A stretch of DNA of 64,000 nucleotides, taken from assembly GCA_012813795.1 (NCBI GenBank), contig GCA_012813795.1_4087.1. One strand, given 5' to 3'. The translations under genes were made by a program, and so were the position numbers. Below the pieces are notes generated by a model, which was not told the origin of the DNA, did no database searches, and saw only the letters and a program-made list of their open reading frames with translations. Origin of the DNA: a phage. Numbering within the stretch: position 1 is the stretch's first letter; every line of letters starts with the position of its first letter. Below, piece by piece: positions 8,823-18,641 of this stretch.

Positions 8823-9024
8823 TCACAACCATAATATTAACACAATTCAACTCATGAAGAACAAGTTCATTACCACATAATGAACAAGATGTACTATAAA
8901 ATGGTGTTGGTAATTTTATATAGCCACCTCTTAATGGAAAGACTTGTTCCTCTATTGTCAACATTGTATCAGACGGAGTGACAAACATCTCACATTCAAG
9001 ACAACAAATTTTCACTTTATCCAT
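8749..9024 (-). CDS. small zinc-ribbon protein (CxxC pairs)
   Basis: CCLEC ... CSLCG. Confidence 0.45.
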   Translation of the reverse strand: MDKVKICCLECEMFVTPSDTMLTIEEQVFPLRGGYIKLPTPFYSTSCSLCGNELVLHELNCVNIMVVNAISSYAKELVRNDSSFAHLWGFN

Positions 9025-9511
9025 TATTCATCTCCTTCAGTACAGTTCTGATATCCTCAAAGGTCTGAACAAACCAGCGGTGTTCATCACTAACATCAAT
9101 GATCTTACCACTATACAAATAATAATGCTCAAACTTCAGAGTACTTTTACGCAATCGTTCAGCAAGTTCAGGATTCTGCATTATTTTAGCACATATCGCA
9201 TCCTGGATTACATTTAATCGCTCAGGTGTCATCTCTATACGGTCATGCATATATGTGTTTGCAGCGGCTTTCGCTGCGGCTCCTGACACCTTTCTAAGTT
9301 CTTCATGCTGTTGTCCAGTGAGGAACCAGAAATAAAAAGACTCAACCGAAGGAAACCATCCATATGGTTCTAGTGTAAAGCTATGGGGAGAAAAATTAGA
9401 TAAATCTCTCCCTAGCTTAGTTTTCCCTTTACTGTAGATATTGATATGCGTGTATCCATCTTCAGTACAGTCAATGTAGTTTTTTGGTTGTTCATCAGGA
9501 AATTCAAACAT
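9017..9511 (-). CDS. hypothetical protein (possible NADAR/DUF1768-like)
   Basis: LSNFSP...F...G.F.S.E pattern; weak. Confidence 0.45.
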   Translation of the reverse strand: MFEFPDEQPKNYIDCTEDGYTHINIYSKGKTKLGRDLSNFSPHSFTLEPYGWFPSVESFYFWFLTGQQHEELRKVSGAAAKAAANTYMHDRIEMTPERLNVIQDAICAKIMQNPELAERLRKSTLKFEHYYLYSGKIIDVSDEHRWFVQTFEDIRTVLKEMNNG

Positions 9512-9864
9512 TATTCTTCATCACCTGATGGTGTTCCGCGTAGTTTATCAAAATCTACCCAAATACCATGCTCATTTTTAAAACGACACTTACCATAGTA
9601 CCAGCTATAGTCAGTTTCGACACCTTGTGAATATGAGCGAACGCTACAATCATACATACCATAGAGATGGCCTTTTACACAGTATGTTCCAAATAACATA
9701 ACAACAAAAACAACGGCTGCACTGATTTTAGGAAAATCCATAACTAAATCGATAACAGAATTTTCTTGATGATTATCAATTTTAGAACGAATAGTTGAAA
9801 TAGTTTTCAGTACTAATACTGCTACAACCAATGAAACCAAAAGCACACATAAGTAAATCAACAT
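9511..9864 (-). CDS. membrane protein (N-terminal TM helix)
   Basis: Hydrophobic N-terminus LIYLCVLLVSLVVAVLVL. Confidence 0.5.
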   Translation of the reverse strand: MLIYLCVLLVSLVVAVLVLKTISTIRSKIDNHQENSVIDLVMDFPKISAAVVFVVMLFGTYCVKGHLYGMYDCSVRSYSQGVETDYSWYYGKCRFKNEHGIWVDFDKLRGTPSGDEE

Positions 9865-9865
9865 A

Positions 9866-10396
9866 TTATTCTCCTAACATTCTTAATACATTAGAAATAA
9901 AGAACACATCAAATGGTTCTTTTGGATTTGCTACAGAATGCTGAAATGCATATTCATGAAAATTTTCACGGTCTAACCAATCTTCATTATTAACTAACAT
10001 TTTTTTCTCACCAAGAATCACACTATGTATAGATGTGAAAGATTCTGTTGATATGGTATATCCAACCAATGTACCTTTTTTAGTGAAATCGAAAGTACCA
10101 AAATAATTTCGGGTATATTGTCTTGTTCTATTTTCAAACATTCTTGCAATATTTTCTTTGTATGGATCAGAATATGGCTGACGATATATGGGGTCTAAAG
10201 ATCCAAACATTTCTATTTTAGATTGCAGGGTTATTAAATTATCCGTGATAAAAAAATGAACGCCTTTATATTCGAAATCCTTCTTACGATTATATGAAAA
10301 TACTGATACATCCCACTCTGATATTACCTGAACGAACTCATTAACACCTCTTTCCAGATCGGGGAGATATGGTAGATCTTTATTATCGTATTGCAT
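9866..10396 (-). CDS. hypothetical protein
   Basis: Start moved to ATG with AAAGGA SD (track 10414). Confidence 0.5.
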   Translation of the reverse strand: MQYDNKDLPYLPDLERGVNEFVQVISEWDVSVFSYNRKKDFEYKGVHFFITDNLITLQSKIEMFGSLDPIYRQPYSDPYKENIARMFENRTRQYTRNYFGTFDFTKKGTLVGYTISTESFTSIHSVILGEKKMLVNNEDWLDRENFHEYAFQHSVANPKEPFDVFFISNVLRMLGE

Positions 10397-10964
10397 GTTT
10401 ATAATCCTTTTCAAGATTTAATACTTCTAAAATACTAAATTTATTGGAACCCTCAATGTCTTTAATAAATGCATCTGGATTGTCTTCTAATGAATATATT
10501 TCACCATTGATAAGCGTTTTTTCATGTAGAATCATAGCTGACATAATCTTATTACCCATAGATTCTTTCTCAGGCGTTGTACCATTACTATTGGTGAAGT
10601 AAATGAAGTTACTTGGTAGTTCACTCCACTCAACTGATATGATATTTTTCATAGCTGTTGTTGTACAAACTTTAATATAACGCTCAATAATCGTATTGGA
10701 TGAAGTTGCCGCAATTGTCATTGGATGACCGTGGGCAATATTTACACCGCTTGGAACTGCGATAGATGATGATATATTTGGAACATTGGATTCAATTTTA
10801 GGTTCTTTTATCCCTAAAATAAATTCATAATGACGAGCATGATGCTTCATTTTAAAAATTATAGTATCTGATTCAAAACTATAAGGAAGAATTATATTAT
10901 CATATGCACGCTTTTTGATTTCTGCTATACGCTCGAACAACTTAAGAGTTTCATTATAAAACAT
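10383..10964 (-). CDS. hypothetical protein
   Basis: ORF track; AGGA SD. Confidence 0.55.
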   Translation of the reverse strand: MFYNETLKLFERIAEIKKRAYDNIILPYSFESDTIIFKMKHHARHYEFILGIKEPKIESNVPNISSSIAVPSGVNIAHGHPMTIAATSSNTIIERYIKVCTTTAMKNIISVEWSELPSNFIYFTNSNGTTPEKESMGNKIMSAMILHEKTLINGEIYSLEDNPDAFIKDIEGSNKFSILEVLNLEKDYKHAIR

Positions 10965-10985
10965 AGTTTATATCCTATTAAAAAG

Positions 10986-11007
10986 GGAGTACATTATTGT
11001 ACTCCCC
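10986..11007 (-). terminator. hairpin gggagtaca-ttat-tgtactccc plus T5
   Basis: 9-bp perfect stem followed by TTTTT on minus strand. Confidence 0.5.
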
Positions 11008-11013
11008 AAATAC

Positions 11014-11568
11014 TTACAATTTAATTACTTCCTGAATACCAGTTTCCATTGCTTTCTTAGTGCGAGTATCAGAAACGACAGTACACAAATGTTCAATATC
11101 TTTACTTGGGAATGTATTAGAATCGATGATTTTTGAGTTCCAGAATCCTTTACGGAATTTCTCATAATCAGTACATTGTTCAATTTTCATTTTCTGCAAG
11201 TTATTGAACTTCTCACGCCCTGCATCAATTGTAACCATCAACTCTTGATAAATCTTAGGATCAAGATTTGGAACTTGTTGTTGAATCTGTGACATTACAA
11301 ATTTCTGATCAACTCCTTCACGTCCCTTAAAGTACGCTTCGATTGTCTCTTTCAATGCATCCTTATATTTGTCCGATACTTGAACCTTTTCTTGAATAGT
11401 TAGTGTATAACTACTCAGTTGACTTTCAGATGCATCGTAGTACTTTTTAATATTACCTTCAAAATTCACTGCACTATCATGTACTGAACTATACATACTT
11501 ACAGTTGCAAACACACCAATAACAAAAATCACCAACATACCAACCAACAAAATCATAGGCTTATTCAT
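11014..11568 (-). CDS. membrane-anchored protein
   Basis: N-terminal TM segment ILLVGMLVIFVIGVFA. Confidence 0.55.
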   Translation of the reverse strand: MNKPMILLVGMLVIFVIGVFATVSMYSSVHDSAVNFEGNIKKYYDASESQLSSYTLTIQEKVQVSDKYKDALKETIEAYFKGREGVDQKFVMSQIQQQVPNLDPKIYQELMVTIDAGREKFNNLQKMKIEQCTDYEKFRKGFWNSKIIDSNTFPSKDIEHLCTVVSDTRTKKAMETGIQEVIKL

Positions 11569-12662
11569 ACATTATTTTCCTTCATATAAAGACCAACAAC
11601 AATCGACAGTACAATGAGAATCAAAGATGCAGCAATCATAACATCTTTTCGTGGTTCCATTTTAACTGCCATGTATTCAAACTCTTTATTAGACAGACGT
11701 TCAAACTTAGTCTGTATATTATGAACCTGAACTTTAAGTAAGTCAAGTGTTAATACTTCATTTAACGCATCCATTCGCATTTTAGAATGCAATTCTTCAT
11801 TATTCATACCTTTAGCGAATGACGTACTATTGAATGATTTAACGACACCATCATTACTGATACCAAAGAACATAATCACATCGTTCTTCTTGCCACCACG
11901 CCAGATTGAGGTTACTGCATCAACAAAATTCACGTCATGATAATCATATACTAGTACTTGAATGTTTACTTGCTTTTGTGCACCTAATGTTTTTAACACT
12001 TCACGTAAATATTCATCATACCCACTCACATCGTAATCAGTTTTATTAATAACGTGGTGTGTTTTATAATAATCACTAATACTTGGATATTCAGGTAAAG
12101 ATTCCAGATATTCTTTATCATACATAGAAATCAAATCTTCAGTACTGAATAATGAGTGTTTATCTGCAAATAGATAATTTATGTATGTGTTTTCTGCTGC
12201 TGCATAATCACCATTTTTCACTTCTTGCCAGCGTGGTGGAGTTTGTGTTCCTTGTCTATTGACCCTTTCAATCTCAAACTTACCAACAGTGCTTTTAACG
12301 TACCAATCAATCTCATACGGATAGTCGAATACCTTATAAGATTCACATTCACGTTGTGAGCGACCTTTAGAATCATAGGTAGTCCAGCAACGCTCATGCC
12401 AAGTATAGTGTTTACAAGAACTTGATTGTGATGTGCAGTTCTCACGTTGGCTGTATTTCTCTGTAACCTGACCATTTAGAATTTCAACATCACGAAGTTG
12501 GCTGTAGTTTATCAAGTATGATGTTCCCAATACCAACACCGCTGCAAGAAAGCAAATTCCAGTATGAATTAGCAATTCCTTTGTTGTTATGGCAGTATGG
12601 TATTTGAACTTCATGATTAGAACAACTATCAAACTTGGTATTAGAAGAATTGCTAAGTTCAT
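11565..12662 (-). CDS. membrane protein with N- and C-terminal TM segments
   Basis: Start at ATG with AAAGGT SD; TM segments at both ends, Cys-rich region between. Confidence 0.55.
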   Translation of the reverse strand: MNLAILLIPSLIVVLIMKFKYHTAITTKELLIHTGICFLAAVLVLGTSYLINYSQLRDVEILNGQVTEKYSQRENCTSQSSSCKHYTWHERCWTTYDSKGRSQRECESYKVFDYPYEIDWYVKSTVGKFEIERVNRQGTQTPPRWQEVKNGDYAAAENTYINYLFADKHSLFSTEDLISMYDKEYLESLPEYPSISDYYKTHHVINKTDYDVSGYDEYLREVLKTLGAQKQVNIQVLVYDYHDVNFVDAVTSIWRGGKKNDVIMFFGISNDGVVKSFNSTSFAKGMNNEELHSKMRMDALNEVLTLDLLKVQVHNIQTKFERLSNKEFEYMAVKMEPRKDVMIAASLILIVLSIVVGLYMKENNV

Positions 12663-12672
12663 TGTGTTACCT

Positions 12673-13374
12673 TTAATAGTTCCCGCGTTCGTTGATTGCA
12701 TTTAAGCAATATGAAACCTGGATAGCTTCACGTGCTGCATCGAATAATGGGTGGTGAAGTTCTAGACCATAAAGACCATGATCAGCAACCATCTCCACAA
12801 ACTTTTTCAATTGTACATCAACAATGGAATCCATGTCAAATTTTTCATCTTCAGTTAGGCGATTCTTAACACTTCGGGCATTCTGTGGTGCATTATATTT
12901 CCACAATTCGCCCACACCAAACATTTTACGATGGTTTGCTTGAAGAATACTACAATCGAAGTGGCAGCCATTACCCCAAATTTCAATATTGTTCTCATTT
13001 CCATTAAGATCATAACGAAGTGAATTCCACAAATCAAGTACATTTTTTGTTTTATACAAATTGTTCTGACTACCGGAAATAATCTCAGGATCTGTCAACG
13101 TGAGTGTGCTAACTACTTCTTCATATGCACCTTTATGATCATTTTGACACATATTCATCCAAAAGTTCATTGAACCTGCATCAACTTTAAGACCAGCATC
13201 AATTTGTTTTTGGAATGGTAGTTTAACATATGCATAACGTGAGATATCTTTCATTGGGTTAGTTGGAACTAAAACAATTGCGTAATTTGGAATGATAATA
13301 TCATAACCACTACGTTCTGGAGTTCCGAAAGATTCAATATCAACTGCATAGTGTGTAACTTTATCTGCCATCAT
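12673..13374 (-). CDS. DEDD-type 3'-5' exonuclease (DexA-like)
   Basis: YAVDIESFG Exo I-like motif; AAGGA SD. Confidence 0.5.
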   Translation of the reverse strand: MMADKVTHYAVDIESFGTPERSGYDIIIPNYAIVLVPTNPMKDISRYAYVKLPFQKQIDAGLKVDAGSMNFWMNMCQNDHKGAYEEVVSTLTLTDPEIISGSQNNLYKTKNVLDLWNSLRYDLNGNENNIEIWGNGCHFDCSILQANHRKMFGVGELWKYNAPQNARSVKNRLTEDEKFDMDSIVDVQLKKFVEMVADHGLYGLELHHPLFDAAREAIQVSYCLNAINERGNY

Positions 13375-13400
13375 ATTATCCTTAGATAATTAATAAAATA

Positions 13401-13424
13401 TGTGCCCATTATACAATGGGCACA
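13401..13424 (-). terminator. hairpin tgtgccca-N8-tgggcaca
   Basis: 8-bp stem, T-rich downstream on minus strand. Confidence 0.4.
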
Positions 13425-13439
13425 TTTATATGTCAACTA

Positions 13440-14567
13440 TTACTTGTTAGCTTTGTCAGCAATTTCGCGAAGAGTTTCTTCAAGTTCGTAGGACAACTGT
13501 GCAATTTCATGTTTAGCACGTTCACGTTCTTCCTTACCTTTCTTCTCTTCAATCAGTACTGCTTCGATGCTATCAATCATTGTTTTGTGTACGTTACGCA
13601 ATGTTTTAATATCCACAATACCACGGTTATTAGCTTTAGCAGCATCTAACATATTAGTTGCTACCATTTTGGAGTTCACTTCAAGTAAACGGTTAGTTTC
13701 ATTATCAATCAAATTACCCAACTCGTTATCTTTGCGTTGGCGTTCAGAAATCAATTGTTCTGCTAGTTGTGATTTCCATGCAGGGATGACAACAGATTTC
13801 AGATCTTCAAATTTAGATACAGTGTTTAGATTCACTTTCTTCATACTCATCAGACGAGGGCCACTAAGCTCACACATCATGATAAGACGGCGAATCTTAT
13901 CTTCCTGTTTAGACAATGCTTCACAAATCATCTTCTGCTCTTGGATTGCGAAAGAATCCACATCAGGGTTCGCTTGCATTTCTTCCAGTTTAGCATCTTG
14001 AGTTTTTGTGACTTGTTCCAATTCAACCAGCGTATCGCGTAATTCAAATAGATAGGCTTTATTCTCATTGTAAGCAGTATCCAACCACTCACATTCACTA
14101 TGTTGGCGATTGATACCAACCTGGAGTGTGTTCATGATTTCATCAATCTGCTCTTTACTATTCTTGTACTGATCACCAACTTTCTGTTTTGCATTGACAA
14201 AGAGTTTTTTGACCCAACCTACAATTGATTTATCATCTTGTAGACTGTCAATATCAACAGCACGGGTTAGGGATAAAATTGTGGTAATTGATTTACCAAA
14301 TTCAGTATTGTCATCAGTGACGTTCACTTTTGACATGATTTCATCAGCCAAACGTCCTACACCTGCACCAGCAGTTGTTCCAATGGTGTTAATGTTCTGA
14401 ACAGTTAAAGACATAGTGTTACCTTTTGTATCTTTCAGTACAGGTAACGTTTTAGCCTGTTGGTCGAAAATATCACTCGCATCAAAAGTATTACCTTTGG
14501 TTTTGGTTGTAGTACGCTTAGTAGTTTTGGTAGTTGCTTTTTTTGGGTTGATTTCTTTCTCGGACAT
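13440..14567 (-). CDS. coiled-coil protein, possibly TelA-like
   Basis: Long helical heptad-rich sequence; C-terminal pattern recalls TelA/KlaA family; GAGGAA SD. Confidence 0.5.
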   Translation of the reverse strand: MSEKEINPKKATTKTTKRTTTKTKGNTFDASDIFDQQAKTLPVLKDTKGNTMSLTVQNINTIGTTAGAGVGRLADEIMSKVNVTDDNTEFGKSITTILSLTRAVDIDSLQDDKSIVGWVKKLFVNAKQKVGDQYKNSKEQIDEIMNTLQVGINRQHSECEWLDTAYNENKAYLFELRDTLVELEQVTKTQDAKLEEMQANPDVDSFAIQEQKMICEALSKQEDKIRRLIMMCELSGPRLMSMKKVNLNTVSKFEDLKSVVIPAWKSQLAEQLISERQRKDNELGNLIDNETNRLLEVNSKMVATNMLDAAKANNRGIVDIKTLRNVHKTMIDSIEAVLIEEKKGKEERERAKHEIAQLSYELEETLREIADKANK

Positions 14568-14597
14568 TAGGTTAATTCCTCATTTAATTTAAGATAG

Positions 14598-14631
14598 TGT
14601 TGCTCTGTGATAAACATTATACGAGCAACAC
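14598..14631 (-). terminator. hairpin gtgttgctc-N17-gagcaacac
   Basis: 9-bp stem between two genes. Confidence 0.3.
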
Positions 14632-14653
14632 ACATTCATGTCAACAACTATTT

Positions 14654-15775
14654 TTACTCTTTATCACCGTAAGCTAAGTTGCGAATGATAGCTGCGGTAT
14701 CAGCGTCTACTGCTTTTCCAACTTGTGTCTGTAATCGATTGATAATCAACGGAATAGTAATAGTTTGGATATCTACCATTCTATTCATGTCAATCTGATA
14801 CTGTTTACTCACATTAACTATACTAGCTTCAGTCATTGCGGCGGTAATGCTCATTTTCATGATACGTTCAAGAGTCAGTTCATATTCAAATGCATCATCC
14901 AAACGACGAATAGCATACTCACACCCAATTTTTCCGTATTCTAATTCATCTTTAATATCACGAACTTCAGTTCGAATTTCATTAAACAATGAAGTTAAAC
15001 CACTAAACTTATTCGTATCATATTTCACTGCATCATTCAATGCTTTCATTACTTTCGGTAAATCGGCCTGTTGAACCTTTATATCCGCTTTACCAAACAG
15101 TTTTTGTGTAAATGTTGGTTTCAATGGGAATAACGATTCAAGTGCAGTGGTTAAGTTATTCATTAATGTTCTAACATAATCACTATGCTTATGTAATGCA
15201 TCATTAAGATCCAATTGACGCTCTGAAATTTTTTGAATCTTCACACCAACTTCCTGTGCACATACTGGTAAGTTTACGAACCAATCCAGTACTTTTACAG
15301 AATCCTTTTTAATAGTTTCAGGAAATTCCATCCATTGTTCGATATCCGCAATGCGTTCATCTTCTGGATCAATTGGTGTTTTAGTCAGAACAATTGGTGC
15401 TGGCACTTCAACCACTGCAAGTTCTGGACGTGGTTTAAGACGACCTTCTTTCCATGCTTCGTATTCACGCTCAAGTGGAGGTACTGGCAAATCACGAATC
15501 TGAATATTTTTAAAATGAATTTCATCTTTCATGAGATCTAACATATTCAAACGTGTGTTTGAATAGTAAATTTTTGATAGTTCTAAATTACGAACATCAA
15601 ATTCGGGATTTCCCATTGAATCATAAGTACGTTTTACGATTACATTATAAAAGTACTTTTTATTGTCGCGACGATCATACTTTTTCAGTAATGAATTCAA
15701 CACAAACTGGTAATCAAACTCTTGGATTTCAATTTCTTGTTTGTTCTCAATGAAAAAATATTTTCCTTTCATCAT
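14654..15775 (-). CDS. hypothetical protein (similar size to neighbour 13440..14567)
   Basis: ORF track; AAGAGG SD. Confidence 0.55.
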   Translation of the reverse strand: MMKGKYFFIENKQEIEIQEFDYQFVLNSLLKKYDRRDNKKYFYNVIVKRTYDSMGNPEFDVRNLELSKIYYSNTRLNMLDLMKDEIHFKNIQIRDLPVPPLEREYEAWKEGRLKPRPELAVVEVPAPIVLTKTPIDPEDERIADIEQWMEFPETIKKDSVKVLDWFVNLPVCAQEVGVKIQKISERQLDLNDALHKHSDYVRTLMNNLTTALESLFPLKPTFTQKLFGKADIKVQQADLPKVMKALNDAVKYDTNKFSGLTSLFNEIRTEVRDIKDELEYGKIGCEYAIRRLDDAFEYELTLERIMKMSITAAMTEASIVNVSKQYQIDMNRMVDIQTITIPLIINRLQTQVGKAVDADTAAIIRNLAYGDKE

Positions 15776-15811
15776 CAGCCTCTTTTTAATTAATAGTAAA
15801 TCAATAATGCT

Positions 15812-15840
15812 ATTCTATCTAACTTGATTAGTATTGTCAA
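15812..15840 (-). promoter_or_regulatory. sigma70-like promoter TTGACA-N17-TAGAAT
   Basis: Minus strand hexamers with 17-nt spacer, about 40 nt upstream of ATG at 15775. Confidence 0.4.
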
Positions 15841-15866
15841 CACCTAAATGAAAAAAAGGACGCACC

Positions 15867-16685
15867 TTAGCACGTCCCTTTGTTGTTCTTCTCTCTGTAC
15901 CAGTTGAAACCCTTAACTGGTGGGTACTTCTCATCTTTAGGTGGCTCCGGCATATCATACACCGTTGCATTCCTAAATTTTAAAATGTAAACTTCCATAA
16001 GACGTATGATAGCATAGTTTAAACATTTCTGTGCTCTTTCTTTCCAAAAATGTTTATATGGTTCTGGACAGTTTAGATAGTCCAGTTTATACATACCCAT
16101 TGCTGCTTGTACAAATCTCTGTGCTGAAAATTTACGTTTGTCAACCTTACTGGCTCTGTACTGATCAGATGTCCAGCTTTGTACCCCAGGTAAATGACAA
16201 AACAAATCAAACTCTACCATAGAACTAAAATATTCATTATGACCGTGTAGTTCACCATAGAACAATGCCTCATTGACAGTCTCATATAATGAAAAATTCA
16301 TATGTATATGTTCATTATCAAAGATGTTCTTTAGTTCTTTGTACGTCTCTGGTACTGGTGGTTCAGGTAACAACTCACCAAATGTCTCAATGCACCAGAT
16401 TTTCCACAATCCTTTTGTGAATTGTACTTCACGTTCTCTATCACTGTCAATATAAAATGTTTTTTCATTAATGAAAACCTTTCGTGCCATATATGCTTTA
16501 AAGATTGCATCGGGATCGATATCATCACGTTTAATGTCATCCCATCCCTTACCAATCCTTGAAATCTCAAATCTACGCATATACATTCTACAAGCTAAAT
16601 CTTTTGTAGTACTGCGACGATACTTTTCATCCTGAACCAATTTAGTACTTTCATGTAGAGATTTCAACATATTTAAAATTCTCAT
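15867..16685 (-). CDS. hypothetical protein
   Basis: ORF track. Confidence 0.55.
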   Translation of the reverse strand: MRILNMLKSLHESTKLVQDEKYRRSTTKDLACRMYMRRFEISRIGKGWDDIKRDDIDPDAIFKAYMARKVFINEKTFYIDSDREREVQFTKGLWKIWCIETFGELLPEPPVPETYKELKNIFDNEHIHMNFSLYETVNEALFYGELHGHNEYFSSMVEFDLFCHLPGVQSWTSDQYRASKVDKRKFSAQRFVQAAMGMYKLDYLNCPEPYKHFWKERAQKCLNYAIIRLMEVYILKFRNATVYDMPEPPKDEKYPPVKGFNWYREKNNKGTC

Positions 16686-17362
16686 CTTAGCACCAGATAC
16701 TTCCCATCTCTACCAACTATATACTGATTACCACTACGTAGTACTGTATAGTTTTCACCTAATATAGAACTAAGTCTTGATGTATCTAATTTGGTTTCAG
16801 TTTTCAGCATAGATTTGATGTATTCCTCAGATGCAAAACCACTACCAGTGCTATAACATAAATCACCATACACGGTTTGTAGTTTTAGGTTATTACCCTC
16901 TTTGAGTACAGTTATACCAGCATAATCCAAAAACTCGCTTAGTGCATCTGGAGTTCCTAATTCTACACGTTGTTGAACTTCATCAAAGTCTACATCAATT
17001 GGATCATTAACACCATAAAGCTGAATTTTCCATCCAGGATTTGGACAAATGTTTTCAATAGTCTTAATTAGAGTTAGTAATTTTTCTGGAAACTCTGCAT
17101 TACGTTCCATTTCAACAAATACTTGATATCTACCATCTAGGTTAGGTGTTTCAGCAGCTTCAGTATCTACCGCAGTGATTGGTGATTTCTCAATGAAAGA
17201 GGACAAATCATATGCAGCATCAAAATTATTCAATACCTGAAACATAACAACGATATTACCATCTTCAATCTTGGGTGTATATTCATCAACACTGATAATA
17301 GGGTAAATCAGATCTTTAAGTACTTCAGGACGTAATCCCTGTTCATTTAATTGTTTAGACAT
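16682..17362 (-). CDS. hypothetical protein
   Basis: ORF track. Confidence 0.55.
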   Translation of the reverse strand: MSKQLNEQGLRPEVLKDLIYPIISVDEYTPKIEDGNIVVMFQVLNNFDAAYDLSSFIEKSPITAVDTEAAETPNLDGRYQVFVEMERNAEFPEKLLTLIKTIENICPNPGWKIQLYGVNDPIDVDFDEVQQRVELGTPDALSEFLDYAGITVLKEGNNLKLQTVYGDLCYSTGSGFASEEYIKSMLKTETKLDTSRLSSILGENYTVLRSGNQYIVGRDGKYLVLR

Positions 17363-17937
17363 TACATTCCTCCTTTTTGTTCATCAGGTGCACCAAATTC
17401 TGCATCTAATTCTTGAACATCCTGCTCATCTTCCATACTCATATCAGGTGTATTTTGATCTAAGTTCATTGGATTACTATTAAATTCAGATGCCATTAGT
17501 TTGTATTCATCAAAGCTTTCTGGATTAATTAGATTTCGAGGTATTTGAAAACGAACTAGTAGTACTGGTACTCTTTCGGTTCTTGGTACATTCACTGATC
17601 CATGTTGAGTTGCTTGTGTTTTCATATCATTACGACTACGAGGCTTCGCAATTGGTCGTATTTCGTAATCAGCTTTAACTTGAACTTTAGTGCCGTGTTT
17701 TTCTAAAACTGTGAATGCTGTTGGATCTGGAAAGTTTTCTCTATAATATTTGAATGTAACAGTACACCAGTACTTAGTAACATTTGGTCCCTCAACTAGT
17801 TCACCTTCAATTACACCAGTATAGGCATATAAATCATTGTCATCAAAATATTTTTCAACCGCCAGAAGAATGTCTAATATTCCAGAATTATCATATAATT
17901 GCTGGATAGCATTGTCTGTTGTATTCATATCTTCCAT
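17362..17937 (-). CDS. hypothetical acidic-tailed protein (start uncertain; track gives 18066)
   Basis: Track start overlaps upstream gene and a terminator hairpin; internal MEDM start avoids both. Confidence 0.4.
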   Translation of the reverse strand: MEDMNTTDNAIQQLYDNSGILDILLAVEKYFDDNDLYAYTGVIEGELVEGPNVTKYWCTVTFKYYRENFPDPTAFTVLEKHGTKVQVKADYEIRPIAKPRSRNDMKTQATQHGSVNVPRTERVPVLLVRFQIPRNLINPESFDEYKLMASEFNSNPMNLDQNTPDMSMEDEQDVQELDAEFGAPDEQKGGM

Positions 17938-17998
17938 GTTTTTTATTCCCTTAAAAACTTGAACATTTATATTATTTACTACTTTGAAAACAATGAAA

Positions 17999-18015
17999 GG
18001 GGAATCAAGTTCCCC
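17999..18015. terminator. hairpin ggggaa-tcaag-ttcccc flanked by T-runs
   Basis: 6-bp GC stem; T-rich on both strands. Confidence 0.4.
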
Positions 18016-18020
18016 TATTG

Positions 18021-18641
18021 TTATTTTTTCATTAGTTCGTAAATTTTTAGACGAAGTTCGCTCCAATTATTAACATAATCAAAGCCGTTGTTATGCTTGT
18101 ATTCATGGTTATGACACGCACACATCATAACAGCAGGTATATCCAACTCTATAGCCGTTTCTATATTTTTAATATAATCGTCAATCAAAAATTTAACGTC
18201 ATATTGAGCTTTTAATTTCATTAGTGCTGATTTTTTGGATTCATACATTTCAATGATAATGATATCATCAAAAATACCCTCACCAAAGACATTAATGAGA
18301 TTCACATTACGGAGAACTTCTCCGTGTCCGAATGTACCCGATTTAGTCAGTACTACAAATTTATCATATGGGAACTTATCACGTAATTCTTGCATAATTC
18401 CAACCGTGTTATGTTCTACTGGGTCAAGTAGACCAAACTCATAAGAACGATGGTTGAAGTGTTTTAGAATCTCTTGCACTTCAGGTTGAGTAATTCCACC
18501 CAACCACTGACACAAATCATATTTTTCTGGATATGGTGTTTCTGGATGAATATCATAATGTTCTTTAACAAAATTATATAGACCACCAATGTGGTCCAAT
18601 AGCACTTCATCACAATCCCATACTACACAACGTTGTTTCAT
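18021..18641 (-). CDS. HAD-superfamily 5'-nucleotidase-like protein
   Basis: WDCDEVLLD matches HAD motif I (DxDxV); ATG overlaps gp44-like stop as TAATG; track start is TTG at 18659. Confidence 0.5.
   Translation of the reverse strand: MKQRCVVWDCDEVLLDHIGGLYNFVKEHYDIHPETPYPEKYDLCQWLGGITQPEVQEILKHFNHRSYEFGLLDPVEHNTVGIMQELRDKFPYDKFVVLTKSGTFGHGEVLRNVNLINVFGEGIFDDIIIIEMYESKKSALMKLKAQYDVKFLIDDYIKNIETAIELDIPAVMMCACHNHEYKHNNGFDYVNNWSELRLKIYELMKK

Noticed and set aside
12218-12475. Minus-strand alternative-frame ORFs nested inside longer genes (also 12855..13043, 16331..16570, 20254..20484, 26722..26928, 28334..28516, 57439..57684, 62499..62681, 5574..5771)
   Set aside because: Each overlaps a longer ORF with recognisable motifs or a better ribosome binding site; no independent support.
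15849-15880. Possible hairpin aaaggacg...cgtccctt at the end of gene 15867..16685
   Set aside because: Only 5 bp pair cleanly with a 10-nt loop and a bulge; too weak to call a terminator.
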